From Eledone cirrhosa (taxonomy: Eukaryota), in assembly GCA_964016885.1 (NCBI GenBank), contig OZ024743.1:132370001-132434000 (forward strand): a stretch of 64,000 nucleotides of DNA, given 5' to 3'. Below the pieces are notes generated by a model. It made no database searches. It saw only the letters and a list, made by a program, of their open reading frames with translations, and was not told the DNA's origin. Below are positions 12,751 through 24,200 of this stretch, piece after piece. Positions within the stretch are counted from its first letter, which is position 1. Each line of letters opens with the position of its first letter. A program made the translations under genes and the position numbers.

Positions 12751-15700
12751 GGTGCTTGGTGTTTGGTGTTGGTTCTTGGTGTTTGGTGATTGGTGCTTGG
12801 TGCTTGGTGTTTGGTGCTTGGTGCTTGGTGTTTGGTACTTGGTGCTTGGTGTTTGGTGTTTGGTGCTTGGTGTTTGGTGCTTGGTGCTTGGTGCTTGGTG
12901 TTAAGTGTTTGGTGCTTGGTGCTTGGTCTTTGGTGCTTCGTGCTTGGTGCTTGGTGTTTGGTGCATGGTGCTTGGTGTTTGGTGCTTGGTGCCTGGTGCT
13001 TGGTGTCTGGTGCTTGGTGATTGGTGCTTGGTGTTTGGTGCTTGGTGTTCGGTGCTTGGTGCTTGGTGTTTGGTGCTTGGTGTTTGGTGCTTGGTGTTCG
13101 GTGCTTGGTGCTTGGTGCTTGGTGCTTGGTGTTAGGTGTTTGGTGCTTGGTGCTTGGTGTTTGGTGTTTGGTGCTTGCTGCTTGCTGCTTGGTGTTTGGT
13201 GCTTGGTGATTGGTGCTTGGTGTTTGGTGTTTGTGCTTGGTGTTTGGTGTTTGCTGCTAGGTGCTTGGTGCTTGGTGCTTGGTGTTTGGTGCTTGGTGCT
13301 TGGTGTTTGGTGTTTGGTGCTTGGTGCTTGGGGCATAGTGTTTGGTGATTGGTGCTTGGTGCTTGGTGTTTGGTGCTTGGTGCTTGGTGTTTGGTACTTG
13401 GTGCTTGGTGTTTGGTGTTTGGTGCTTTGTGTTTGGTGCTTGGTGCTTGGTGCTTGGTGTTAAGTGTTTGGTGCTTGGTGCTTGGTGTTAGGTGCTTCGT
13501 GCTTGGTGCTTGGTGTTTGGTGCATGGTGCTTGGTGTTTGGTGCTTGGTGCCTGGTCCTTGGTTGTTTGGTTCTTGGTGTTTGGTGCTTGGTGCTTGGTG
13601 CTTGGTGTTCGGTGCTTTGTGCTTGGTGCTTGGTGCTTGGTGCTTGGTGTTTGATGTTTGGTCCTTGGTGCTTGGTGTTTGGTGTTTTGTGCTTGGTGCT
13701 TGGTGCTTGGTGTTTGGTGCTTGGTGCTTGGTGCTTGGTGTTTGGCGTTTGCTGTTTGCTGTTTGCTGTTTGATGTTTGCTGTTTGGTGTTTGCTGTTTG
13801 GTGTTTGGTGTTTGGTGCTTGTTGTTTGGTGCTTGGTGCTTGGTGTTTGGTGTTTGGTGTTTGGTGCCTGGTGCTTGGTGTTTGGTGCTTGGTGTTTGGT
13901 GCTTGGTGCTTGGTGTCTGGTCCTTGGTGCTTGGTGCTTGGTCTTTGGTGCTTGGGGTTTGGTGTTTGGTGCTTGGTGCTTGGTGTTTGGTGCTTGCTGC
14001 TTGGTGATTAGTGTTTGGTGATTGGTGCTTGGGGTTTGGTGTTTGGTGCTTGGTGTTTGGTGCTTGGTGCTTGCTGTTTGGTGTTTGGTGTTTGGTTCTT
14101 GGTGCTTGGTGTTTGGTGTTTGGTGTTTGGTGCTTGGTGCCTGGTGCTTGGTGTTTGGTGTTTGGTGCTGGGTGCTTGGAGTTTGGTGCTTGGTGCTTGG
14201 TGCTTAGTGCTTGGTGCTTGGTGTTTGGTGCTTGGTGTTTGGTGTTTGGAGTTTGATGCTTGGTGTGTGCTGCTTGGTGTTTGGTGCTTGGTGTCTGGTG
14301 TTTGGTGTTTGGTGTTTGGTGCTTGGTGCTTGGTGTTTGGGTTTTGGTGCTTGGTTGTTGGTGTTTGGTGTTTGGTGCTTGGTGTTTGGTGTTTGGTGCT
14401 TGGTGTTTGGTGCTGGGTGCTTGGTGCTTGGTGTTTGGTGCTGGGTGCTTGGTGTTTGGTGCTTGGTGCTTGGTGCTTGGTGCTTGGTGTTTGGTGTTTG
14501 GTACTTGGTGCTTGGTGTTTGGTGTTTGATGCTTGGTGTGTGCTGCTTGGTGCTTGGTGCTTGGTGTTTTGTGTTTGGTGTTTGGTGCTTGGTGCCTGGT
14601 TCTTGGTGCTTGGTGCTTGTTGTTTGGTGCTTGGTGCTTGGTGATTAGTGTTTTGTGCTTGGTGCTTGGGGTTTGCTGTTTGGTACTTGGTGTTTGGTGC
14701 TTGGTGCTTGGTGTTTGGTGTTTGGTGTTTGGTGCTTGGTGTCTGGTGTTTGGTGTTTGGTGTTTGGTGCTTGGTGCTTGGTGTTTGGGTTTTGGTGCTT
14801 GGTTGTTGGTGTTTGGTGTTTGGTGCTTGGTGTTTGGTGTTTGGTGCTTGGTGTTTGGTGCTTGGTGCTTGGTGTTTGGTGTTGGTTCTTGGTGTTTGGT
14901 GATTGGTGCTTGGTGCTTGGTGTTTGGTGCTTGGTGCTTGGTGTTTGGTACTTGGTGCTTGGTGTTTGGTGTTTGGTGCTTGGTGTTTGGTGCTTGGTGC
15001 TTGGTGCTTGGTGTTAAGTGTTTGGTGCTTGGTGCTTGGTCTGTGGTGCTTCGTGCTTGGTGCTTGGTGTTTGGTGCATGGTGCTTGGTGTTTGGTGCTT
15101 GGTGCCTGGTGCTTGGTGTCTGGTGCTTGGTGATTGGTGCTTGGTGTTTGGTGCTTGGTGTTCGGTGCTTGGTGCTTGGTGTTTGGTGCTTGGTGTTTGG
15201 TGCTTGGTGTTCGGTGCTTGGTGCTTGGTGCTTGGTGCTTGGTGTTAGGTGTTTGGTGCTTGGTGCTTGGTGTTTGGTGTTTGGTGCTTGCTGCTTGCTG
15301 CTTGGTGTTTGGTGCTTGGTGATTGGTGCTTGGTGTTTGGTGTTTGTGCTTGGTGTTTGGTGTTTGCTGCTAGGTGCTTGGTGCTTGGTGCTTGGTGTTT
15401 GGTGCTTGGTGCTTGGTGTTTGGTGTTTGGTGCTTGGTGCTTGGGGCATAGTGTTTGGTGATTGGTGCTTGGTGCTTGGTGTTTGGTGCTTGGTGCTTGG
15501 TGTTTGGTACTTGGTGCTTGGTGTTTGGTGTTTGGTGCTTTGTGTTTGGTGCTTGGTGCTTGGTGCTTGGTGTTAAGTGTTTGGTGCTTGGTGCTTTGTG
15601 TTAGGTGCTTCGTGCTTGGTGCTTGGTGTTTGGTGCATGGTGCTTGGTGTTTGGTGCTTGGTGCCTGGTCCTTGGTTGTTTGGTTCTTGGTGTTTGGTGC

Positions 15701-18275
15701 TTGGTGCTTGGTGCTTGGTGTTCGGTGCTTTGTGCTTGGTGCTTGGTGCTTGGTGCTTGGTGTTTGATGTTTGGTCCTTGGTGCTTGGTGTTTGGTGTTT
15801 TGTGCTTGGTGCTTGGTGCTTGGTGTTTGGTGCTTGGTGCTTGGTGCTTGGTGTTTGGCGTTTGCTGTTTGCTGTTTGCTGTTTGATGTTTGCTGTTTGG
15901 TGTTTGCTGTTTGGTGTTTGGTGTTTGGTGCTTGTTGTTTGGTGCTTGGTGCTTGGTGTTTGGTGTTTGGTGTTTGGTGCCTGGTGCTTGGTGTTTGGTG
16001 CTTGGTGTTTGGTGCTTGGTGCTTGGTGTCTGGTCCTTGGTGCTTGGTGCTTGGTCTTTGGTGCTTGGGGTTTGGTGTTTGGTGCTTGGTGCTTGGTGTT
16101 TGGTGCTTGCTGCTTGGTGATTAGTGTTTGGTGATTGGTGCTTGGGGTTTGGTGTTTGGTGCTTGGTGTTTGGTGCTTGGTGCTTGCTGTTTGGTGTTTG
16201 GTGTTTGGTTCTTGGTGCTTGGTGTTTGGTGTTTGGTGTTTGGTGCTTGGTGCCTGGTGCTTGGTGTTTGGTGTTTGGTGCTGGGTGCTTGGAGTTTGGT
16301 GCTTGGTGCTTGGTGCTTAGTGCTTGGTGCTTGGTGTTTGGTGCTTGGTGTTTGGTGTTTGGAGTTTGATGCTTGGTGTGTGCTGCTTGGTGTTTGGTGC
16401 TTGGTGTCTGGTGTTTGGTGTTTGGTGTTTGGTGCTTGGTGCTTGGTGTTTGGGTTTTGGTGCTTGGTTGTTGGTGTTTGGTGTTTGGTGCTTGGTGTTT
16501 GGTGTTTGGTGCTTGGTGTTTGGTGCTGGGTGCTTGGTGCTTGGTGTTTGGTGCTGGGTGCTTGGTGTTTGGTGCTTGGTGCTTGGTGCTTGGTGCTTGG
16601 TGTTTGGTGTTTGGTACTTGGTGCTTGGTGTTTGGTGTTTGATGCTTGGTGTGTGCTGCTTGGTGCTTGGTGCTTGGTGTTTTGTGTTTGGTGTTTGGTG
16701 CTTGGTGCCTGGTTCTTGGTGCTTGGTGCTTGTTGTTTGGTGCTTGGTGCTTGGTGATTAGTGTTTTGTGCTTGGTGCTTGGGGTTTGCTGTTTGGTACT
16801 TGGTGTTTGGTGCTTGGTGCTTGGTGTTTGGTGTTTGGTGTTTGGTGCTTGGTGTCTGGTGTTTGGTGTTTGGTGTTTGGTGCTTGGTGCTTGGTGTTTG
16901 GGTTTTGGTGCTTGGTTGTTGGTGTTTGGTGTTTGGTGCTTGGTGTTTGGTGTTTGGTGCTTGGTGTTTGGTGCTTGGTGCTTGGTGTTTGGTGTTGGTT
17001 CTTGGTGTTTGGTGATTGGTGCTTGGTGCTTGGTGTTTGGTGCTTGGTGCTTGGTGTTTGGTACTTGGTGCTTGGTGTTTGGTGTTTGGTGCTTGGTGTT
17101 TGGTGCTTGGTGCTTGGTGCTTGGTGTTAAGTGTTTGGTGCTTGGTGCTTGGTCTGTGGTGCTTCGTGCTTGGTGCTTGGTGTTTGGTGCATGGTGCTTG
17201 GTGTTTGGTGCTTGGTGCCTGGTGCTTGGTGTCTGGTGCTTGGTGTTAGGTGTTTGGTGCTTGGTGCTTGGTGTTTGGTGTTTGGTGCTTGCTGCTTGCT
17301 GCTTGGTGTTTGGTGCTTGGTGATTGGTGCTTGGTGTTTGGTGTTTGTGCTTGGTGTTTGGTGTTTGCTGCTAGGTGCTTGGTGCTTGGTGCTTGGTGTT
17401 TGGTGCTTGGTGCTTGGTGTTTGGTGTTTGGTGCTTGGTGCTTGGGGCATAGTGTTTGGTGATTGGTGCTTGGTGCTTGGTGTTTGGTGCTTGGTGCTTG
17501 GTGTTTGGTACTTGGTGCTTGGTGTTTGGTGTTTGGTGCTTTGTGTTTGGTGCTTGGTGCTTGGTGCTTGGTGTTAAGTGTTTGGTGCTTGGTGCTTGGT
17601 GTTAGGTGCTTCGTGCTTGGTGCTTGGTGTTTGGTGCATGGTGCTTGGTGTTTGGTGCTTGGTGCCTGGTCCTTGGTTGTTTGGTTCTTGGTGTTTGGTG
17701 CTTGGTGCTTGGTGCTTGGTGTTCGGTGCTTTGTGCTTGGTGCTTGGTGCTTGGTGCTTGGTGTTTGATGTTTGGTCCTTGGTGCTTGGTGTTTGGTGTT
17801 TTGTGCTTGGTGCTTGGTGCTTGGTGTTTGGTGCTTGGTGCTTGGTGCTTGGTGTTTGGCGTTTGCTGTTTGCTGTTTGCTGTTTGGTGTTTGGTGCTTG
17901 GTGTTTGCTGTTTGGTGTTTGGTGTTTGGTGCTTGCTGTTTGGTGCTTGGTGCTTGGTGTTTGGTGTTTGGTGTTTGGTGCCTGGTGCTTGGTGTTTGGT
18001 GCTTGGTGTTTGGTGCTTGGTGCTTGGTGTCTGGTCCTTGGTGCTTGGTGCTTGGTCTTTGGTGCTTGGGGTTTGGTGTTTGGTGCTTGGTGCTTGTTGT
18101 TTGGTGCTTGCTGCTTGGTGATTAGTGTTTGGTGATTGGTGCTTGTGGTTTGGTGTTTGGTGCTTGGTGTTTGGTGCTTGGTGCTTGCTGTTTGGTGTTT
18201 GGTGTTTGGTTCTTGGTGCTTGGTGTTTGGTGTTTGGTGTTTGGTGCTTGGTGCCTGGTGCTTGGTGTTTGGTGT
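12160..18275 (+). repeat. Higher-order repeat, period 2113 bp, ~3 copies (third copy has a 112-bp deletion)
   Basis: Near-identical ORFs at 12420/14533/16646 and 12535/14648/16761 (offset 2113). The offset drops to 2001 after ~17240 (15462/17463, 16124/18125). Marker CATAGTG at ~13334, 15447 and 17448. Confidence 0.93.
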
Positions 18276-21200
18276 TTGCTGTTTGGTGTCTGCTTTTTGG
18301 TGTTTGGTGTTTTGTGCTTGGTGCCTGGTGTTTGGCATTTGGTGCTTGGTGCTTGGTGTTTGGTGCTTGGTGCTTGGTTTTTGGTGTTTGGTGCTTGGTA
18401 CCTGGTGCTTCTTGTTTGGTGTTTGGTGCTTGGTGCTTGGTGCTTGGTGTTTGGTGCCTGGTGTCTGGTGTTTGGTGCTTGGTGTTTGGTGTTTTGTGGT
18501 TGGTGCTTGGTGTTTGGTGTTTGGTGCTGGGTGCTTGGAGTTTGGTGCTTGGTGCTTGGTGCTTAGTGCTTGGTGCTTGGTGTTTGGTGCTTGGTGTTTG
18601 GTGTTTGGTGTTTGATGCTTGGTGTGTGCTGCTTGGTGCTTGGTGCTTGGTGTTTTGTGTTTGGTGTTTGGTTCTTGGTGCTTGGTGGTTGGTGCTTGGT
18701 GCTTGGTGCTGGGTGGTTTGCGTTTGGTGCTTGGTGCTTGGTGTTTGGTGCTTGGTGCTTGGTGCTTGGTGTTTGTTGCTTGGTGCTTGGTGCTTGGTCT
18801 TTGGTGCTTGGTGTTTGGTGTCTGGTGCTTGGTGCTTGGTGTTTGGTGCTTGGTGCTGGGTGATTAGTGTTTGGTGCTTGGTGCTTGGGGTTTGGTGTTT
18901 GGTGCTTGGTGCTTGGTGTTTAGTGCTTGGTGCTTGGTGTTTGGTGCTTGGTGTTTGGTGTTTTCTGTTTGGTGTTTGGTGTTTGGTGTTTGGTGTTTGC
19001 TGTTTGGTGTCTGCTTTTTGGTGTTTGGTGTTTGCTGTATGGTGTTTGCTGTTTCATGTATGGAGTTTGCTGTTTGCTGTTTGGTGTTTCCTGTTTGCTG
19101 TTTGGTGTTTGGTGCTTGGTGCTTGGTGTTTGGTGTTTGGTGCTTGGTGCTTGGTGTTTGGTGCTTAGTGCTTGGTGTTTGGTGTTTGGTGCTTGGTGCC
19201 TGGTGCTTGATGTTTGGTGTTTGGTGCTTGGTGCTTGATGTTTGGTGTTTGGTGCTTGGTGTCTGGTGTTTGGTGCTTGGTGTTTGGTGTTTGGTGCTTG
19301 GTGCTTGGTGTTTGGTGTTTGGTGCTTGGTGCTTGGTGTTTGGTGTTTGGTGCTTGGTGCTTGGTGCTTGGTGATTTGTGTTTGGAGCTTGGTGCTTGGT
19401 GTTTGGTGCTTCGGTCTTCATGCTTGGTGTTTCTTGCTTGGTGCTTGGTGTTTGGTGCTTGGTGCCTGGTGCTTGGTGTTTGGTGTTTGCTGTTTGGTGT
19501 CTGCTTTTTGGTGTTTGGTGTTTTGTGCTTGGTGCCTGGTGTTTGGCATTTGGTGCTTGGTGCTTGGTGTTTGGTGCCTGGTGCTTGGTTTTTGGTGTTT
19601 GGTGCTTGGTACCTGGTGCTTGGTGTTTGGTGCCTGGTGTCTGGTGTTTGGTGCTTGGTGTTTGGTGTTTGGTGGTTGGTGCTTGGTGTTTGGTGTTTGG
19701 TGCTGGGTGCTTGGAGGTTGGTGCTTGGTGCTTGGTGCTTAGTACTTGGTGTTTGGTGTTTGGTGCTTGGTGTTTGGTGTTTGGTGTTTGATGCTTGGTG
19801 TGTGCTGCTTGGTGCATGGTGCTTGGTGTTTTGTGTTTGGTGTTTGGTGCTTGGTGCCTGGTTCTTGGTGCTTGGTGCTTGTTGTTTGGTGCTTGGTGCT
19901 TGGTGATTAGTGTTTGGTGCTTGGTGCTTGGGGTTTGCTGTTTGGTGCTTGGTGTTTGGTGCTTGGTGCTTGGTGTTTGGTGTTTGGTGTTTGGTGCTTC
20001 TTGTCTGGTGCTTGCTGTTTGGTGTTTGGTACTTGGTGCTTGGTGTTTGGTGTTTGATGCTTGGTGTTTGATGCTTTTTGCTGGGTGCTTGTTGTTTTGT
20101 GTTTGGTGTTTGGTGCTTGGTGTATGTACTAGGTGCTTGGTGCTTGGTGTTTGGTGTTGGTTCTTGGTGTTTGGTGATTGGTGCTTGGTGCTTGGTGTTT
20201 GGTGCTTGGTGCTTGGTGTTTGGTACTTGGTGCTTGGTGTTTGGTGTTTGGTGCTTGGTGTTTGGTGCTTGGTGCTTGGTGCTTGGTGTTAAGTGTTTGG
20301 TGCTTGGTGCTTGGTCTTTGGTGCTTCGTGCTTGGTGCTTGGTGTTTGGTGCATGGTGCTTGGTGTTTGGTGCTTGGTGCCTGGTGCTTGGTGTCTGGTG
20401 CTTGGTGATTGGTGCTTGGTGTTTGGTGCTTGGTGTTCGGTGCTTGGTGCTTGGTGCTTGGTGTTTGATGTTGGGTCCTTGGTGCTTGGTGTTTGGTGTT
20501 TGGTGCTTGGTGTTTGGTGTTTGGTGCTTGCTGCTAGCTGCTTGTTTCGTTCTTTGTGATTGGTGCTTGGTGTTTGGTGCTTGGTGCTTGGTGCTTGGTG
20601 TTAAGTGTTTGGTGCTTGGTGCTTGGTGTTTGATGTTTGGTGCTTGGTGCTTGGTGTTTGGTGTTTGGTGCTTGGTGCTTGGTGTTTGGTGTTTGGTGCT
20701 TGCTGCTTGCTCCTTGGTGTTTGGTGCTTGGTGATTGGTGCTTGGTATTTTGTGCTTGGTGCTTGGTGTTTGGTGTTTGGTGCTAGGGGCTTGGTGCTTG
20801 GTGCTTGGTGTTTGGTGCTTGGTGCTTGCTGTTTGGTGTTTGGTGCTTGGTGCGTGGGACTTCGTGTTTGGTGTTTGGTGCTTGGTGTTTGGTGCTTGGT
20901 GTTTGGGGCATGGTGTTCGGTGCTTGGTGCTTGGTGCTTGGTGCTTGGTGTTTGGTGTTTGGTGCTTGGTGCTTGGTGTTTGATATTGGGTCCTTGGTGC
21001 TTGGTGTTTGGTGTTTGGTGCTTGGTGTTTGGTGTTTGGTGCTTGCTGCTTGCTGCTTGTTGTTTCGTTCTTTGTGATTGGTGCTTGGTGCTTGTTGTTT
21101 GGTGCTTGGTGCTTGGTGTTTGGTGTTTGGTGCTTGGTGCTTGGGGCTTGGTGTTTGGTGCTTGGTGCTTGGTGCTTGGTGTTTGGTGTTTGGTGCTTGG

Positions 21201-24200
21201 TGTTTGGTGCTTGGTGTTTGGTGCTGGGTGGTGGGTGTTTGGTGCTTGGTGCTTGGTGTTTGGTGCTTGGTGTTTGGTGCTTGTTGTTTGGTGCTTGGTG
21301 CTTGGTGCTTGGTCTTTGGTGCTTGGTGTTTGGCGTTTGGTGCTTGGTGCTTGGTGTTTGGTGCTTGGTGCTTGGTGCTTGGTGTTTGGTGCTTGGTGCT
21401 TGGTGATTAGTGTTTGTTGCTTGGTGCTTGGGGTTTGGTGGTTGGTGCTTGGTGCTTGGTGTTTGGTGTTTGGTGTTTGGTGTTTTGTGTTTGCTGTTTG
21501 GTGTCTGCTTTTTGGTGTTTGGTGTTTGCTGTATGGTGTTTGCTGTTTCGTATTTGGTTTTTGCTGTTTGGTGTTTGGTGTTTGCTGTTTGGTGTTTGGT
21601 GTTTTGTGTTTGGTGCTTGGTGCTTGGTGTTTGGTGCTTGGTGCTTGGTGCTCGGTGTTTGGTGCTTGGTGCTTGGTGTTTGGTGCTTGGGGCTTGGTGT
21701 TTGGTCCTTGGTGTTTGGTGTTTGTTGCTTGGTGTTTGGTGTTTGTTACTTGGTGCTTGGTGCTTGGTGCTTGGTGTTTGGTGCTTGGTGCTTGGTGCTT
21801 GGTGTTTGATGCTGCGTGCTTGGTGTTTGGTGTTTGGGGCTTGGTGCTTGGTGTTTGGTGTTTGGTGCTTGGTGCCTGGTGCTTGTTGTTTAGTGTTAGG
21901 TGCTTGGTGCTTGGTGTTTGGTGTTTGGTGCTTGGTGCTTGGTATCTGGTATTTGGTGCTTGGTGTTTGGTGTTTGGTGCTTCGTGCTTGGTGCTTGGTT
22001 CCTGGTGCTTGGTGTTTGGTGCTTGGTGTTTGGTGCTTGGTGGTTGGTGTTTGGTGTTTGATGCTTGGTGTTTGCTGCTTGGTGCTTGGTGCTTGGTGTT
22101 TTGTGTTTGGTGCTTGGTGCTTGGTGCCTGGTGCTTGGTGCTTCGTTCTTGTTGTTTGGTGCTTGGTGCTTGGTGATTAGTGTTTGGTGCTTGGTGCTTG
22201 CGGTTTGGTGTTTGGTGCTTGGGGTTTGGTGTTTGGTGCTTGGTGCTTGGTGTTTGGTGCTTGGTGCTTGGTGCTTGGTGTTTGGTGCTTGTTGCTTGGT
22301 ATTTGGTGCTTGGTGCTTGGTGTTTGGTGCTTGGTGTTTGGTGCTTGGTGCTTGGTGCTTGGTGCTTGGTGTAAGGTGTTTGGTGCTTGGTGCTTGTGCT
22401 TGATGTTTGGTCCTTGGTGCTTGGTGTTTGGTGTTTGGTTCTTGGTGCTTGGTGTTTGGTGTTTGGTGCTTGGTGCTTGGTGCTTGGTGTTTTGTGTTTG
22501 GAGCTTGGTGCTTGGTGTTTGGTGCTTCGGTCTTCATGCTTGGTGTTTCTTGCTTGGTGCTTGGTGCTTGGTGTTAAGTGTTTGGTGCTTGGTGCTTGGT
22601 CTGTGGTGCTTCGTGCTTGGTGCTTGGTGTTTGGTGCATGGTGCTTGGTGTTTGGTGCTTGGTGCCTGGTGCTTGGTGTCTGGTGCTTGGTGATTGGTGC
22701 TTGGTGTTTGGTGCTTGGTGTTCGGTGCTTGGTGCTTGGTGTTTGGTGCTTGGTGTTTGGTGCTTGGTGTTCGGTGCTTGGTGCTTGGTGCTTGGTGCTT
22801 GGTGTTAGGTGTTTGGTGCTTGGTGCTTGGTGTTTGGTGTTTGGTGCTTGCTGCTTGCTGCTTGGTGTTTGGTGCTTGGTGATTGGTGCTTGGTGTTTGG
22901 TGTTTGTGCTTGGTGTTTGGTGTTTGCTGCTAGGTGCTTGGTGCTTGGTGCTTGGTGTTTGGTGCTTGGTGCTTGGTGTTTGGTGTTTGGTGCTTGGTGC
23001 TTGGGGCATAGTGTTTGGTGATTGGTGCTTGGTGCTTGGTGTTTGGTGCTTGGTGCTTGGTGTTTGGTACTTGGTGCTTGGTGTTTGGTGTTTGGTGCTT
23101 TGTGTTTGGTGCTTGGTGCTTGGTGCTTGGTGTTAAGTGTTTGGTGCTTGGTGCTTGGTGTTAGGTGCTTCGTGCTTGGTGCTTGGTGTTTGGTGCATGG
23201 TGCTTGGTGTTTGGTGCTTGGTGCCTGGTCCTTGGTTGTTTGGTTCTTGGTGTTTGGTGCTTGGTGCTTGGTGCTTGGTGTTCGGTGCTTTGTGCTTGGT
23301 GCTTGGTGCTTGGTGCTTGGTGTTTGATGTTTGGTCCTTGGTGCTTGGTGTTTGGTGTTTTGTGCTTGGTGCTTGGTGCTTGGTGTTTGGTGCTTGGTGC
23401 TTGGTGCTTGGTGTTTGGCGTTTGCTGTTTGCTGTTTGCTGTTTGATGTTTGCTGTTTGGTGTTTGCTGTTTGGTGTTTGGTGTTTGGTGCTTGCTGTTT
23501 GGTGCTTGGTGCTTGGTGTTTGGTGTTTGGTGTTTGGTGCCTGGTGCTTGGTGTTTGGTGCTTGGTGTTTGGTGCTTGGTGCTTGGTGTCTGGTCCTTGG
23601 TGCTTGGTGCTTGGTCTTTGGTGCTTGGGGTTTGGTGTTTGGTGCTTGGTGCTTGTTGTTTGGTGCTTGCTGCTTGGTGATTAGTGTTTGGTGATTGGTG
23701 CTTGTGGTTTGGTGTTTGGTGCTTGGTGTTTGGTGCTTGGTGCTTGCTGTTTGGTGTTTGGTGTTTGGTTCTTGGTGCTTGGTGTTTGGTGTTTGGTGTT
23801 TGGTGCTTGGTGCCTGGTGCTTGGTGTTTGGTGTTTGCTGTTTGGTGTCTGCTTTTTGGTGTTTGGTGTTTTGTGCTTGGTGCCTGGTGTTTGGCATTTG
23901 GTGCTTGGTGCTTGGTGTTTGGTGCTTGGTGCTTGGTTTTTGGTGTTTGGTGCTTGGTACCTGGTGCTTCTTGTTTGGTGTTTGGTGCTTGGTGCTTGGT
24001 GCTTGGTGTTTGGTGCCTGGTGTCTGGTGTTTGGTGCTTGGTGTTTGGTGTTTTGTGGTTGGTGCTTGGTGTTTGGTGTTTGGTGCTGGGTGCTTGGAGT
24101 TTGGTGCTTGGTGCTTGGTGCTTAGTGCTTGGTGCTTGGTGTTTGGTGCTTGGTGTTTGGTGTTTGGTGTTTGATGCTTGGTGTGTGCTGCTTGGTGCTT

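Noticed and set aside
10976-23009. Long minus-strand ORFs (786, 653, 802 aa) of KHQAPST/KHQTPNT repeats resembling mucin-like or repeat proteins
   Set aside because: The minus strand is nearly T-free, so stops are rare by composition. All frames give the same peptide, indels shift frame freely, and there are no non-repetitive termini or signal sequence.
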